A stretch of 64,000 bases of DNA. Source: an uncultured Spirochaetota bacterium (GTDB taxonomy: Bacteria > Spirochaetota > Spirochaetia > SZUA-6 > Fen-1364). Of this stretch, positions 1 through 11,066 are shown one piece after another (within the stretch, counting starts at the first letter, position 1; each line of letters opens with the position of its first letter). The DNA lies in assembly GCA_963820525.1 (NCBI GenBank), contig CAWGAA010000001.1, positions 3,008,001 to 3,072,000 of the forward strand, given 5' to 3'. The notes under the pieces are model-generated. The model saw only the letters and a list, made by a program, of their open reading frames with translations. It ran no database searches and was not told where the DNA came from. Position numbers and translations under genes: made by a program.

Positions 1-467
1 TTGATGTCGAATCCCTGCCTGGGGAACGGCCCGGTGTGGAGAGCCATACAGAAGCAGGTGTCGATGGGCCGTGGGCAATCTGAAGATATGACGAGATTCT
101 CTTCTCGATGCCTGCGGTACAGCGGGTCAGGCCGTTCATCATCCAGAAACACTCTGTCCAGCACGTCGAAGCCCTTCAGGTCGCAGGCCTTGACCCCGAC
201 GATGCAGATCGGCTTCTCGGAGACCTCCGGGACGGCATTGCTGAACCCCGAAGCGACCCGCTCGCGCGCCCTGAAGTAGAACGCCTTCAGCGGCTCGCAA
301 GGGCGCACCTCGCCAATCGAAGCGCACGCCCTCTCCCGCGGGATGGACTCCAGCCGTTGAAGGTACTGGCGCTTGTCCTTTGTAACGGGAGCGAGGACCG
401 TGTACCCTCCCGAAAGGGAAGAGAGCAGGACGGTAAGGTCTCCCGGCGAGAGAAACGCCGCTTTCAT
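1..467 (-). CDS. AsrA/HydB-family 4Fe-4S subunit (anaerobic sulfite reductase A / sulfhydrogenase beta-like), N-terminal part; runs off the window
   Basis: Not in the ORF track. Manual translation from ATG 467 gives MKAAFLSPGDL...IVGVKACDLKGFDVLDRVF...DPLYRRHREENLVISSDC...DTCFC...GPFPRQGFDI, matching the GxxxCD / DPxY / CFC pattern of this family. Open to the window edge. Confidence 0.75.
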   Translation of the reverse strand, partial: MKAAFLSPGDLTVLLSSLSGGYTVLAPVTKDKRQYLQRLESIPRERACASIGEVRPCEPLKAFYFRARERVASGFSNAVPEVSEKPICIVGVKACDLKGFDVLDRVFLDDERPDPLYRRHREENLVISSDCPRPIDTCFCMALHTGPFPRQGFDI

Positions 468-735
468 GGGATGTCCCTGCCGGTCTGGTTGTAATGAAGA
501 GGAGGATCGATTCGCGACGCGCTTTTTTCCGTGCGCCGCTTCCGGGTGCCCCAGAAGGGAAAACGCCTTGCCTTTTTTAATGCACCAACTTCAGTCCGCA
601 CAAGCTCGGAAGCGCATTTTTCCCCTCTGGCCGCGCCTGCATTCGGTGAGTTCACCTTTTCCTCCGCTATTTGAATTAAGGAGGACCGCAGCTGCCGTAG
701 CCAGAACGCCTGCACAGGATCCTGAACGGTTTTTC

Positions 736-764
736 AGATTATTGGAAATCGGCTCTCCTGTCAA
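736..764 (-). promoter_or_regulatory. sigma70-like promoter
   Basis: TTGACA-17 nt-TAATCT on the minus strand, about 270 nt upstream of the Fe-S subunit gene. Confidence 0.6.
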
Positions 765-773
765 GCGTGGAAA

Positions 774-2165
774 CTAGCGAGATTGGGATTCCGCCTTGTG
801 GAGGGAGATCCGAAAGAGCGTGCCCTTCCCCTCTTCGCTGTCAAATTCGATTGTTCCGCCGTAGCGCTCGACATTGGCTTTCACGATTGCGAGGCCGAGA
901 CCGGTTCCGATCTCCGACGTTGCTTTCGCGTTGGAAGCCCGGAAAAACTCGCTGAAGATCCTGTCGCGCTCCTCCCGCGGGACGCCGATGCCCGTATCCT
1001 TCACCTCGAGCAGGATTCGATCCCCCTGTTCGCCGATACGGACGGTTACGAATCCTCCCCTGGGGGTATACGCGATCGCGTTGGAGAGGAGGTTGGTGAT
1101 CACCGAGCGAAGCCCATCCTCGGCGCCGCTCACCGAGGCGTCGGGGACCGCGCAGTCGAATGCGAGCACGACCCCGCGCTCCCGGGCGCGCGATTCGTAA
1201 AGCTCCACGATTTCCCGCGCCAGCCGATCCAGGGAGACGGCCACGGGTTTGAAGCTCGACTGCTCCATCCTGCCCCGCGTGAGCACGTGCAGGTCGCTCA
1301 CGACCTCTGAAAGCGTTTGAGCCCGCAAGTGTATTCTGCCGATCAGCTCTCGCTGCCGCTGCGTGATTTCACCAAGATACCCGTCGAGCAGCGTGGAGGC
1401 GATCGAGCTGATGGCATTCGCCGGGGAGCGCAGCTCATGGGAGGCGTGGAGCAGGAACATCGTCTTCGCATCCGACAGGCGCTTGACTTCTTTATAAACC
1501 ATCGCGTGCGCGATGGCGAGTGAAATCACGTCCCCGAGACTGGAGAGAAGGGAGATCATTTCATCCGACAGTCTCCTGCCCGGCTCGCCGTAGATGCAGA
1601 TCGAGCCGAAGATCCGCTCCTCCAGTCGGAGCGGAACGCAGATGAGGGATTCGATCTCGTCATCCACCTCGGGAAACTCCCGGGCCAGGGTGTCGCGAAT
1701 CACCAGCGGCTTGCCCGATAGCAGGCGCGACTGGTAGGTGGCGCGCTCGATCGCCACGTCGCGCTGCACGCCGACCCGCGCCCGGGCCGTCATCTTGCCC
1801 GTATCCTCCTCGAGGAGGTTGATCGAGCAGCCTTCGACTCCCGTGACCTCCGCGACTACCCGCACGGAAGCGTCGAGAATCTCCTGCAGCTCCAGCGTGC
1901 TTGCCGCTTTCTTTATCGTCGCGCAGAACAATTGGAGCTGGCGCGCCCGGTTGGAAATGGATTTGTAGCGCGGCGCGCTTCGCAGAATCAGGTCCGTCAC
2001 CAGGGCGGAGAGGCAGCCGACGGCGACGGCGATCGCGAGCCGGAGCTCCAGCGACTCGCTCAGCCGCAACGGCAAAAAACCCAGGAAGCAGAGAAGAGAC
2101 GTGACTGCCCCTGCGGCGGCAACCAGGTGGGCACCGAAACCATGCGGAGCGTTCTCTCTTTTCAC
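774..2165 (-). CDS. membrane-anchored GAF-domain sensor histidine kinase
   Basis: Two N-terminal TM segments, GAF-like region, H-box ASHELRSP, N-box NLLSNA, DTGIG and GTGLGL boxes. Confidence 0.92.
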   Translation of the reverse strand: MKRENAPHGFGAHLVAAAGAVTSLLCFLGFLPLRLSESLELRLAIAVAVGCLSALVTDLILRSAPRYKSISNRARQLQLFCATIKKAASTLELQEILDASVRVVAEVTGVEGCSINLLEEDTGKMTARARVGVQRDVAIERATYQSRLLSGKPLVIRDTLAREFPEVDDEIESLICVPLRLEERIFGSICIYGEPGRRLSDEMISLLSSLGDVISLAIAHAMVYKEVKRLSDAKTMFLLHASHELRSPANAISSIASTLLDGYLGEITQRQRELIGRIHLRAQTLSEVVSDLHVLTRGRMEQSSFKPVAVSLDRLAREIVELYESRARERGVVLAFDCAVPDASVSGAEDGLRSVITNLLSNAIAYTPRGGFVTVRIGEQGDRILLEVKDTGIGVPREERDRIFSEFFRASNAKATSEIGTGLGLAIVKANVERYGGTIEFDSEEGKGTLFRISLHKAESQSR

Positions 2166-2285
2166 GTCTCCGATAGTATAAGAGCAACACCCTGGTCGGG
2201 CAAGGATTCTCTCACAGCGCTATGCGCAGCTGCCGCATCCCGTGGGGTTCGCTTTCGGAGTTGTCGGACTGATCCGTGCCTGTCT

Positions 2286-3473
2286 TCACCGCGCTACAGG
2301 AAAGAGCCTTTTCCCAAAGCGAAGGAGAGCGAATATCCCGACAAGCGGGACCACGGCGTACGAAATAAAGAGGACGGGGAATCCCCGCGCTTCCAGGACG
2401 TACCCGCCGATGACGCTGGCCAGAAAAGTCGGCAATCCGATGCCCACTGCATTGTAGAGCGCCATCCCCATTGCCCTCCTGCCCGGCTCTATCCTGGCGT
2501 TCACGTAGGCGACCGCGGCCGTATGAAAGGTGCCGAAGGTGAACGCGTGCAAGAGCTGGGAAAGGGCGACCAGCGCGATGGAATGCGAGAAGACAAAAAA
2601 GGACAGCCGCACGCTGATCGCGAGAAGCGACAGCACCAGGAGCATCCGAAGCCCCAGGGCGGCGATCAGGCGGCCTGAAAAGTAAATCGTGAGTATCTCG
2701 GCAAGCGGGCCGATGGCCCAGATCAGGCTGACCCCGGCCGCGGGGAAGGTTGCCTGGAGGTAGAGCGAAAAGAAAGAGTAGTAGGCGCCGATGCCGAAGC
2801 GCCCGAGAAAGATTATCGCTATCACAAGCCAGAAGCTGGCGTCGAACCCGCCAAGGGAAACCGGCCCGCCATGGCGCTGCCGCATTTCCTTCCACTTCAG
2901 CGTCCGAGGATCATCCGGCGAGATTCTGGGTAAAAAGACCGTGGCGAGCGCGGCTGCGGCGGCCGACAGCGCGAAGGCGACTGCAATCCCCCGGGAAGAC
3001 CCGAGAAGAAGCGGGCCGGCGGCCTGAAGAACAAGCGAGGCTGCGATGAAGCCGAAGCTTCCTGCCACCCGCAGAGGTCCGTACTGACGGTCGGGATCGT
3101 GGAGAGCGCGGCTCACGATCGTGTCGAGCATCGGAACCGTGGAGCGATACATGAAGCCCATGAGGAGCATGCAGGACAGAAAAAGGGCGAGGTGAGGGCC
3201 TATCTCCAGGGGGAGGAACAATGCCGCGGGCACAAGGAACCCCGCGGCGAGCAATGCCCTGTACGTTTTCCTCCTGTCCGCAATCCGGCCCAGAATGATA
3301 GGTCCGGCAATTCCCGCAAGCTCGAAGCATCCCAGGAGAACGCCGATGCTGGACGGCGGAAAACCGCGCTCCTTGAGGTAGATCTGCAGGTACGGCGAAA
3401 GGACGGCGTAGCCGGCAAAGAGAAGGAAGTAGTTGGTCCACGCAGCCTTCGTCGTCGCGGATGGGGGGCGCAC
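2286..3473 (-). CDS. MFS transporter (MFS_1_like / HcaT-like)
   Basis: About 12 hydrophobic segments, GRIADR loop, YGPLRVAGSFGF, QLLHAFTFG. The ORF-track extension to 4196 overlaps the ATPase. Start taken as GTG 3473, just after a TGtTACATT -10. Confidence 0.85.
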   Translation of the reverse strand: MRPPSATTKAAWTNYFLLFAGYAVLSPYLQIYLKERGFPPSSIGVLLGCFELAGIAGPIILGRIADRRKTYRALLAAGFLVPAALFLPLEIGPHLALFLSCMLLMGFMYRSTVPMLDTIVSRALHDPDRQYGPLRVAGSFGFIAASLVLQAAGPLLLGSSRGIAVAFALSAAAAALATVFLPRISPDDPRTLKWKEMRQRHGGPVSLGGFDASFWLVIAIIFLGRFGIGAYYSFFSLYLQATFPAAGVSLIWAIGPLAEILTIYFSGRLIAALGLRMLLVLSLLAISVRLSFFVFSHSIALVALSQLLHAFTFGTFHTAAVAYVNARIEPGRRAMGMALYNAVGIGLPTFLASVIGGYVLEARGFPVLFISYAVVPLVGIFALLRFGKRLFPVAR

Positions 3474-3570
3474 GGAAATCCAATGTAACAGATTGCGGCT
3501 TTTACGGTCCACTCCTTGACCCGAGCTCTTTTCACAATTACCTATAATCAAGGGGTAGGAGGAGCGCCCC

Positions 3571-6230
3571 ATGCCCGAAGCAACATGGCACAGCCTGAGC
3601 GTGGAAGAAATCCTTCGCGAACTGTCGGTGGGCCCGGACGGCCTCACCTCCGATGAGGCCGAGCGGAGGCTCTCCCGCTTTGGACCCAATGAAATAACAA
3701 AGAGAAAGCGCGTTTCCCCCCTGCGCGTGCTGCTGAAGCAGCTCGCCAACTTCTTCATAGCGGTATTGTTCTTCGCGGCGGTCCTGGCCTTCTCCGTGAG
3801 CTTCCTTCCCGGGGAGGAGGGGAGACGGCTCACCGCTTTCTTCATCCTTGGAATCATCGTCATAAGCGTTGGTTTGAGCTTTTTCGAAGAGTACCGGGCG
3901 CAGAAGGAGCTGGAAGCCCTGGACAAGCTGCTCGTTTTCAAGGCGGGCGTTCTCAGGAACGGAGCCACGGTCGAGCTGGACGCATCGCGCGTGGTCCCCG
4001 GAGACGTCCTCGTCCTGCGCCAGGGGCAGAAGGCCCCGCGGACGCGCGCCTGATCGAGGCGAACGGCCTGCGGACCGACGAGTCCTCCCTCACTGGAGAA
4101 AGCCTCGGAGTAGACAAGTCTCCGGAGCCTGTCGCCCCCGATGCCCCCCTGGCCGAGCGGACAAGCATGGTCTACGCGTCCACTTTCATCACGCATGGCA
4201 CAGGCTTGGCGGCGGCCGTGCGCTCCGGCATGGGGACGGAAGTCGGAAAGATCGCCGCGACGCTTGAGCGGATGACGGAAAGGCCGACGCCCTTCCAGAC
4301 GGAAGTCCGGAGAATGGCCGGGCAGATGGCCGCCATCGTGGGGGCTCTCGCGGTCGGCATCGCCCTTCTCCTTCTTTTCGCTCTTCGCGAGCCGCCGGTC
4401 GACGTAGCCCTCAACACTCTGAGCCTAGCCGTTGCAACCATACCGGAAAGTCTTCCCATCGTCCTGATCTTTGCCTTGGCCCTTGGCGCGCGCGTCATGG
4501 CTTCCCGAAAAGCGGTCGTCCGTCGGCTGGCGGTTGTAGAGTCCCTGGGCTCCGTGGATACCATCTGCACGGACAAGACGGGAACACTGACGCGCAATGT
4601 CCTGACCGTCCAGGAGCTGTATGTCGACGGCCGGCGGATCGCGGCCGCGGGCAAGGATGCGGCGCCTGGCGTAGAACGCTCCCTGCTGGATGCCGGCCTG
4701 CTCTGTAACGATGCCGTGGCGGAGGATCCGCAGGGGACCTCGATCATGGGGGATCCCGTCGACACCGCCCTGCTCGAGGCGGCCCTCTCCGCGGGCATCG
4801 ATATCGAAAGTGTCCGCCGCGGTCGGCCGAGGACAGGCGAGATCCCCTTCAGCTCGGAGCGCAAGATGATGACCACCCTCCATTCGACGGATGGAGGGCT
4901 CGTCACCTTCAGCAAGGGAGCGCCGGGGGCCATTCTTCCGCGCTGTTCGGCGTATATGCGCGGCTCGGGCCGCCTGCCCATGGACGATTCCGCGCTGCGC
5001 GAGATCAGGTCTGCGATAGAAGAGCTGGAAGGAGAGGCTTGGTACGTCCTGGCTTTCGCTGCCAACTCGCTTTCATCGGCGGACGCTCCCGCTACGGCTG
5101 AAACGGGGATGACCTTCCTCGGTCTCCAGGCCATGAGGGACCCCCCTCGCCCCGAGGTCTTTGAAGCTCTGTCCCAGGCGCGGGAGGCCGGCATACGCGT
5201 CGTGATGATCACGGGGGACAGCGCGCTCACCGCGCGGGCCGTCGGCAGGCAGCTCGGAATAGGGGATCGGTGCGTCGAGGCGCGGGAGATCGAGAGCCTG
5301 GACGGCGGTCGGCTTCGCGAGCGGGCTCAGAGCATAGATATCGTCGCGCGCGCCACGCCGCAGACCAAGCAGAGCGTTCTCCAGGCGCTCCAGGAGGACG
5401 GCCATTTTGTCGCCATGACGGGGGACGGGGTGAACGACTCTACCGCGCTGAAGCAGTCCGACGTGGGGATCGCAATGGGACTGCGGGGTACGGATATCGC
5501 CAAGGAGTCCTCCGCCATGGTTCTCCTGGACGACAACTTCGCCACCATTATAGAGGCGATACGGGAGGGCCGGCGGATATTCGACAACATCCGCAAGTTC
5601 ATCAACTACCTTCTCAGCACCAGTCTCGGCGAGGTGTTTGTCGTTCTTGCCCTTTCCATCGCGGGCTTCTTCCCGCTCTCCGCCAGGATGCTTCTCTGGA
5701 TCAACGTGGTGACGGACCTCGTCCCCGCGGGCGCGCTGGCCGCGGACCCCGTGGTGCCCGGGGTGATGAGGCGGCGTCCAAGGCGTCACGACGAGCCGAT
5801 CCTCAACGCGTCGATATACGCCACGATCGCGGGCAGTGTTCTGCGCACCCTGATCTCCTACGGCCTCATCTTCTGGGCCGGCCTGCGGCTGGGTGACCTC
5901 GCCTACGCTCGGACCATGCTCTTCACAAGCATCGTCCTGCATTCCTTCACGAGGATCATGGTGGTCCGCCAGATGGACAACCTGCCGCTCTGGTCCAATC
6001 CCGCGCTTCTGTGGAGCTACGCGGCGGCGGTAGGGCTCCAGCTCCTTGCCCTGTACACGCCTCTTCGGGCGCTCTTCGACGTCGTGCCCTTGGATTGGCG
6101 CGCGTGGGCGGTGATGATCCCGGTGGTCGCGGGCTCCTCGGCCGCGGGTATCTTCATGACCCGCTGGATCCTCAAGCTCGTTCCTCTCTGGGACGAAGGA
6201 AACGGCCGCCCGAAGCGAAGGGGTCGCTGA
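3571..6230 (+). CDS. cation-translocating P-type ATPase (type IIA, Ca2+-like), interrupted by a 1-nt frameshift near 4035
   Basis: The first ORF ends at VPGDV..GQK. The adjacent frame continues PADARLIEANGLRTDESSLTGES, then IPESLP, DKTGTLT, MITGD, TGDGVND. RBS GGAGGAG precedes 3571. Confidence 0.9.
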
Positions 6231-6263
6231 AACGAGCCGATTGACGAATACAGGAGGAAAGAA

Positions 6264-7111
6264 ATGTTCGAGACTAATCAGCCGGGCGCTCAGGCTCAAG
6301 AGACAGGTGTGCGACGCCGCCGCTATTGGTGGCGGGCCTCTCCTCCTCCTTCGGCGCCTATGTCCTGGGCATCGCCATTCTCGTGCTCACGGGCAATCCC
6401 AATCTTTTCCCGACGGTCATCATGCTGGGAAGCTTCATGGTCCCCGTCACCTACGTCGTCTTCTTCTCCGAGCGCCGGGCCATCCACGGGTCCAACATCA
6501 CCGCCACGGCGCTCACCTTCCTGTATGGCGGCATCCTGGGGACTTTTTCCGCGGCGTTGTTGGAGCCGATATTCATCAGCAAGCTGGACTTTCAGACCGC
6601 TTTCATCGTGGGAATCATCGAGGAGTTCACGAAGATCCTGGGCGTCCTGGCGATCGCGCGCCGCAGGCGGCACGATTCGCAGTTGGACGGCCTGATACTC
6701 GGCGCGGCGGCGGGGATGGGTTTCGCGGCTTTCGAGAGCGTCGGCTACGCCTTCAGCGCTTTCCTGAGGAGCTCGGGAAGCTTCTCGATTGCGGTCGCCG
6801 TCACGATGATCCGCGGCATCCTCTCACCCGTAGGGCACGGGCCCTGGACTGCGATCCTGTGCGGCGTACTTTTCCGTGAGAGCCGTTCGAGACGTTTCCG
6901 CATCGATCTGAAGGTCGTCCTCGCGTACGTGACGGTAGTCGTCCTTCACGGATTGTGGGACGGCCTGCCGGGGTTCCTGGCGAGTATCGTGTCAAATGGG
7001 ATTGAGGTCACCATTGCCCAGTTCCTGGTCGGTGCGGCGGGCCTTCTCATCCTCTGGCGGCTCTGGCACGAAGCCGAAAGGCGGCCTGACGATGAGGCCC
7101 TTGCGGAATAA
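6264..7111 (+). CDS. PrsW-family intramembrane metalloprotease; probable 1-nt frameshift near 6340
   Basis: EEFTK, GMGFAAFES, H and HGLWD motifs in ORF 6326-7111. The strong RBS (AGGAGG) lies before the out-of-frame ATG 6264. Confidence 0.85.
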
Positions 7112-7243
7112 CAGCAATGGCCATTGAAATGACGCGGGCCCGGCGAGCGACGGAAAGAAAGGCCGCATTTCACCCGGTCCCGGGAATTCCGTATACTTAC
7201 CCTGTCCCATGCGTGGACGTGAAAACGTCAACAGGGAGGGAAA

Positions 7244-9190
7244 ATGTTGGTAAAAGATCCTAACAGGTCCCGACTGCCGTCACCGCTCAACCGGGGGCAG
7301 CTGCACTTCTCGCTCTGGTGGGTGGCCGGCTCCCTCCTCCTGCTCCTGGCCCTGAACTTCCTCTTGATCCCCAAGCCCTCCATCACGATGGTCGATTTCA
7401 GCGCTTTCAAGAAGCTGGTCGTGGACGGTTCGATCAAGCGCGTGGAAATGACTCCAAGCGCCTATTACGGATTCACCCTCACCAAGGAGCAGGAGGATGC
7501 TCTGCGGCAACAAGCGCAGCAGGGTAAGAGCCCCCAGGGGGGCGCGGCTCCCGCGAAGGAGTACCAGACCGCCCCCGTGCAGGACGCCGGGTTCGTGGCG
7601 CTGCTGGATTCCCGGGGGATCGAATACTACGCCGTCCTGCCGCAAAACCATCCTCTGCTCAGCCTCCTGGTGAGCTGGATCCTTCCGCTGGGCGCCATGT
7701 TCCTGATCTGGCGGCTCTTGTTCCGGCGCATGGGCGGCATGGGACGCGGCGTGATGAGCTTCGGGCAGAACAAGTCCGTCCTGGTGGCCGAGGGGAATAC
7801 GGGGGTCCGATTCGACGACGTGGCGGGAGCCGAGGAAGCGAAGACGGAGCTCGTCGAGGTCATCGACTTCCTCAAGCATCCCGCCCGCTACACCGCGATC
7901 GGCGGGAGAATCCCCAAGGGGGTGCTGCTTGTCGGGGCGCCGGGGACGGGCAAGACTCTCATGGCGCGGGCCGTGGCCGGGGAGGCGGGCGTGGCCTTTT
8001 TCAAGATCAGCGGCTCGGAGTTCGTGGAGATGTTCGTGGGCGTGGGCGCGGCGCGTGTGCGCGACCTGTTCCAGCAAGCCAGGGCCAAAGCCCCCTGCAT
8101 CATCTTCATCGACGAGCTGGATGCCATCGGCAAGAGCCGGGCGCAGGCTCTTTCCAGCAACGACGAACGGGAGCAGACGCTGAACCAGCTCCTGGTGGAA
8201 ATGGACGGGTTCGATTCGCGCACCGGGGTCATTATCCTCGCGGCCACGAACCGGCCGGAGGTCCTGGACCCGGCCCTGCTGCGTCCCGGACGGTTCGACC
8301 GGCAGGTCCTCATAGACAAGCCTGACCTGAACGGCCGTGAGGCGATCCTTCGCATTCACAGCCGGGAGGTGCGGCTGGACGATTCGGTGAACCTCAGGGA
8401 CGTTGCCCGCAGGACCCCGGGGTTCGTGGGGGCGGACCTCGCCAACCTGGTGAATGAGGCGGCGCTCCTCGCCGTCAGGGCGGGCAGAGCAAAGGTGACG
8501 CAGCCGGACTTCGATTCGGCCTTCGAGAAGCTGGTCGCGGGCCTGGAGAAGAAGAACCGGTTGATCAACCCGAAGGAGCGGAAGATCGTCGCCTACCACG
8601 AGACCGGCCACGCCCTGGTTGCCCACATGACTCCGGGGGCGGACCCGGTGGAGAAGATCTCCATAGTGCCCCGCGGCATCGGCGCCCTGGGTTACACCAT
8701 GCAGCTCCCCACTGAGGACCGTTTCCTGATGACGGAAGGCGAGCTCTACGGACGGATCGACGTTCTGCTCGGGGGACGGGCGGCGGAGCAGCTCGTCTTC
8801 CAAGAAGTCTCCACGGGGGCCTCGAACGACCTGGACAAAGCGGGAGAGATAGCCCGGCGGATGATCACCGACTTCGGGATGAGCGAGAAGTTTCGCAACA
8901 CCTTCCTGCCCGCGAGGAGGCAGGGCCAGCTTCTCGGAGATTCCAACGCTATGATACTGCGCGAATATTCGGAGGCCACCCAACAATACGTTGATGAGGA
9001 ATCCGCCAGGATCATAAACGGCAGGTACGACAAGGTGGCCGAGCTGCTCCGCCGTCATGAAGGCCTCCTCCACGAGATAGCCGACAGGCTTCTGGAGGTC
9101 GAGGTATTGGAAAAGACGCAGTTCGAGGCCATGATACAGGGGTTTTCAAACGGAAAGGCGGCGCTTGCCGGCACCGCGCAGGCGACGTAG
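7244..9190 (+). CDS. ftsH: ATP-dependent zinc metalloprotease FtsH
   Basis: Two TMs, GAPGTGKT Walker A, IIFIDELD Walker [17 protein letters not shown] zinc motif. Confidence 0.97.
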   Translation: MLVKDPNRSRLPSPLNRGQLHFSLWWVAGSLLLLLALNFLLIPKPSITMVDFSAFKKLVVDGSIKRVEMTPSAYYGFTLTKEQEDALRQQAQQGKSPQGGAAPAKEYQTAPVQDAGFVALLDSRGIEYYAVLPQNHPLLSLLVSWILPLGAMFLIWRLLFRRMGGMGRGVMSFGQNKSVLVAEGNTGVRFDDVAGAEEAKTELVEVIDFLKHPARYTAIGGRIPKGVLLVGAPGTGKTLMARAVAGEAGVAFFKISGSEFVEMFVGVGAARVRDLFQQARAKAPCIIFIDELDAIGKSRAQALSSNDEREQTLNQLLVEMDGFDSRTGVIILAATNRPEVLDPALLRPGRFDRQVLIDKPDLNGREAILRIHSREVRLDDSVNLRDVARRTPGFVGADLANLVNEAALLAVRAGRAKVTQPDFDSAFEKLVAGLEKKNRLINPKERKIVAYHETGHALVAHMTPGADPVEKISIVPRGIGALGYTMQLPTEDRFLMTEGELYGRIDVLLGGRAAEQLVFQEVSTGASNDLDKAGEIARRMITDFGMSEKFRNTFLPARRQGQLLGDSNAMILREYSEATQQYVDEESARIINGRYDKVAELLRRHEGLLHEIADRLLEVEVLEKTQFEAMIQGFSNGKAALAGTAQAT

Positions 9191-9208
9191 AGCGAACCGC
9201 GGTTGACC

Positions 9209-10069
9209 CTACGCCGTTTGGGCGGGCTTCCTGTCCGCGCGAACCCGTTTCCAGGATAGAACGAAGGCGGGAAAGGCGATTCCGGCCATGAAAAGCCCGA
9301 TGAGAGCGTAGCCTGCAGCGAAGGGAAGAAAACGGTCCCAGCCCAACAACGTCAAAGCGCCGAAAGCGGCGAAAAGCAGGCCTCCGAAGAACAGAGTCCT
9401 GCCTCCCGTTTGCGCTCCGATACGCCTGATCTCCTGCTCCGTCAAGGAGCGCGTCAAGCGCAGGGACGCCCCGAAAAGGGCTCCGACGATCACGAGCATG
9501 ATCATCGTGCCCAGACCGAAAAGCAGACCGGGCAGGAAGCCGAGCCACGGGCTTCTCATGGCGGGAGCGGCGACCGTGTTGATAAAAAGGGAAAATCCGC
9601 CGAAACCGAAGCCGGCGATGAAGCCGTGCACGAGTGTCCATCCCGCCGGCGGCGGCGAGCTTCCCCGCACGGCGGGCTCTCTGTGGGTCCGGCCGAGGAC
9701 CGAGAGCGCAGTCCCCATATCTCGTGCTTCCTCGTGGTGGTGCCCCAGGACGTGGAGATGGATGTAGAGGTTGCGCCGCAGCACGATGTAGCCGGCGATC
9801 CACATGAAGAGTCCCACAACAGAGTAGACGATACCGTTGACGGAGGGCGTGAGCAGGAAACGGCCGAGCGCGAGGTTGGAGGCTTCGGAGAGCAGCGCGC
9901 GCTGGAGGGTGAACGCCGCTGAAAAATATAGGCCGGCTTTCATCCCCGCTTTCCCGCCGGCACCGCCGATCGCATAGCTGAAGGTGATAGGCCACGTGTG
10001 CTCATCGGGCAGGATCCCGTGCAACAGGCCGAAGAAGAACGAGTAGAGAAGGGCAACGAGCGGGGTCAC
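9209..10069 (-). CDS. His-containing membrane protein, probable Ni/Co transporter-like (UreH/DsbD_2 superfamily)
   Basis: GLLHGILPDEHTWP motif, HLHVLGHHHEE loop, HGFIAG, FGLGTM. Start estimated at GTG 10069. Confidence 0.65.
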   Translation of the reverse strand: MTPLVALLYSFFFGLLHGILPDEHTWPITFSYAIGGAGGKAGMKAGLYFSAAFTLQRALLSEASNLALGRFLLTPSVNGIVYSVVGLFMWIAGYIVLRRNLYIHLHVLGHHHEEARDMGTALSVLGRTHREPAVRGSSPPPAGWTLVHGFIAGFGFGGFSLFINTVAAPAMRSPWLGFLPGLLFGLGTMIMLVIVGALFGASLRLTRSLTEQEIRRIGAQTGGRTLFFGGLLFAAFGALTLLGWDRFLPFAAGYALIGLFMAGIAFPAFVLSWKRVRADRKPAQTA

Positions 10070-10123
10070 TGTAATATCTTCATTGAGATAATGTACGGAT
10101 AGTCCGCACTCCCCAGCAAGACG

Positions 10124-10457
10124 TTGCATCTCCCCGGCACTTTCGAGGCCACCATCCTCATCGGCACGCAAGCGACGTCGACCTGGATGCCCGACTACAA
10201 GGAGGGCTACAGGATGGAGACGCCGGAAGGTCTTCTGGAGGTGAAGAAAATCAACGGCTTCCTCGTGTTCTTCCATGTTCGAGAATGAGGGCGGGTCCGG
10301 CGGAATCGTCGTGCTGCTGCAGGATACGGCAAGCAAGCCCGACACCGGGGCCGTGCTGGCGATCAGCTTCGAAGGCTTCGCCAGGGAGGAGGCCTTGAAG
10401 ATGGCGCAGCGCTTCAACTGGGCAAAGATGAAGGAACAGGTTGCCAGGCGGAAGTAG
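10124..10457 (+). pseudogene. truncated and frameshifted fragment of a hypothetical protein
   Basis: Coding-like frame 10124-10288 (..WMPDYKEGYRMETPEGLLEVKKINGFLVFF) continues in the +1 frame as ORF 10275-10457. No RBS, and an in-frame stop at 10100. Confidence 0.5.
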
Positions 10458-10597
10458 CCGGCGCGTGACGGCCGCCGGCGGTGGAAGGAAAAAAGTCTCG
10501 AGATCCTTAATTTCCTTGACTATTTAATACCTCAATATTATTCATCGAAAAGAAAGCCTTGTTCGGGGGCATTCATTCCCCGTGCAGCGCGCGAGGC

Positions 10598-11065
10598 ATG
10601 AAGATGAGAGAAGAAGCCGGCGACTATGGGGATTTTTTCAACGCGCAAAACGAGCTCGAGGCGCTTTTTGCCCGCACTCTGGAGGGCATGCTGAAAGCGG
10701 AAGGCATTACAGTGCCTCAGGCCTTCGCGCTCAAGACGCTCAAGGAGCAGGGCGTGGCGTGCAAAATGTCGGACCTCGCCGCCATGAGACTCCAATCTCC
10801 CGCGTCGATGACGGGAATAGTCGACAGGCTGATCCATCTCGAGCTGGTGGCGCGCAAGTCGGACGCTCACGACAGGAGGGTTATCCTGCTGACGCTCACC
10901 GCAAAGGGCGAGGCCACTCTCTCTCGGGCGGAGCTCAAGGTTCAGACCATGATGAAGCGTTTTTTCGAAGGAATCCCCGCGGCTGACCGCGCTACGGTGA
11001 TGCGAATGTTCGAAAAGCTCAAAGAGTATCTGAAGGAAGAATTGATCTCCCATAAGAGGAATTGA
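10598..11065 (+). CDS. MarR-family transcriptional regulator
   Basis: ITVPQAFAL...MTGIVDRL...DRRVILLTLTAKG winged helix; heads the efflux operon. Confidence 0.92.
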   Translation: MKMREEAGDYGDFFNAQNELEALFARTLEGMLKAEGITVPQAFALKTLKEQGVACKMSDLAAMRLQSPASMTGIVDRLIHLELVARKSDAHDRRVILLTLTAKGEATLSRAELKVQTMMKRFFEGIPAADRATVMRMFEKLKEYLKEELISHKRN

Positions 11066-11066
11066 T

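Noticed and set aside
7280..9073. Long antisense or alternative-frame ORFs (e.g. 7280-9073, 18464-19699, 29260-30690, 49002-50387, 52003-53712)
   Set aside because: They shadow well-supported genes, as expected in high-GC DNA, and carry no recognisable motifs.
10516..10545. marR promoter/operator
   Set aside because: AT-rich with TTGACT, but spacing to the best -10 is only 14 nt and the dyad is weak.
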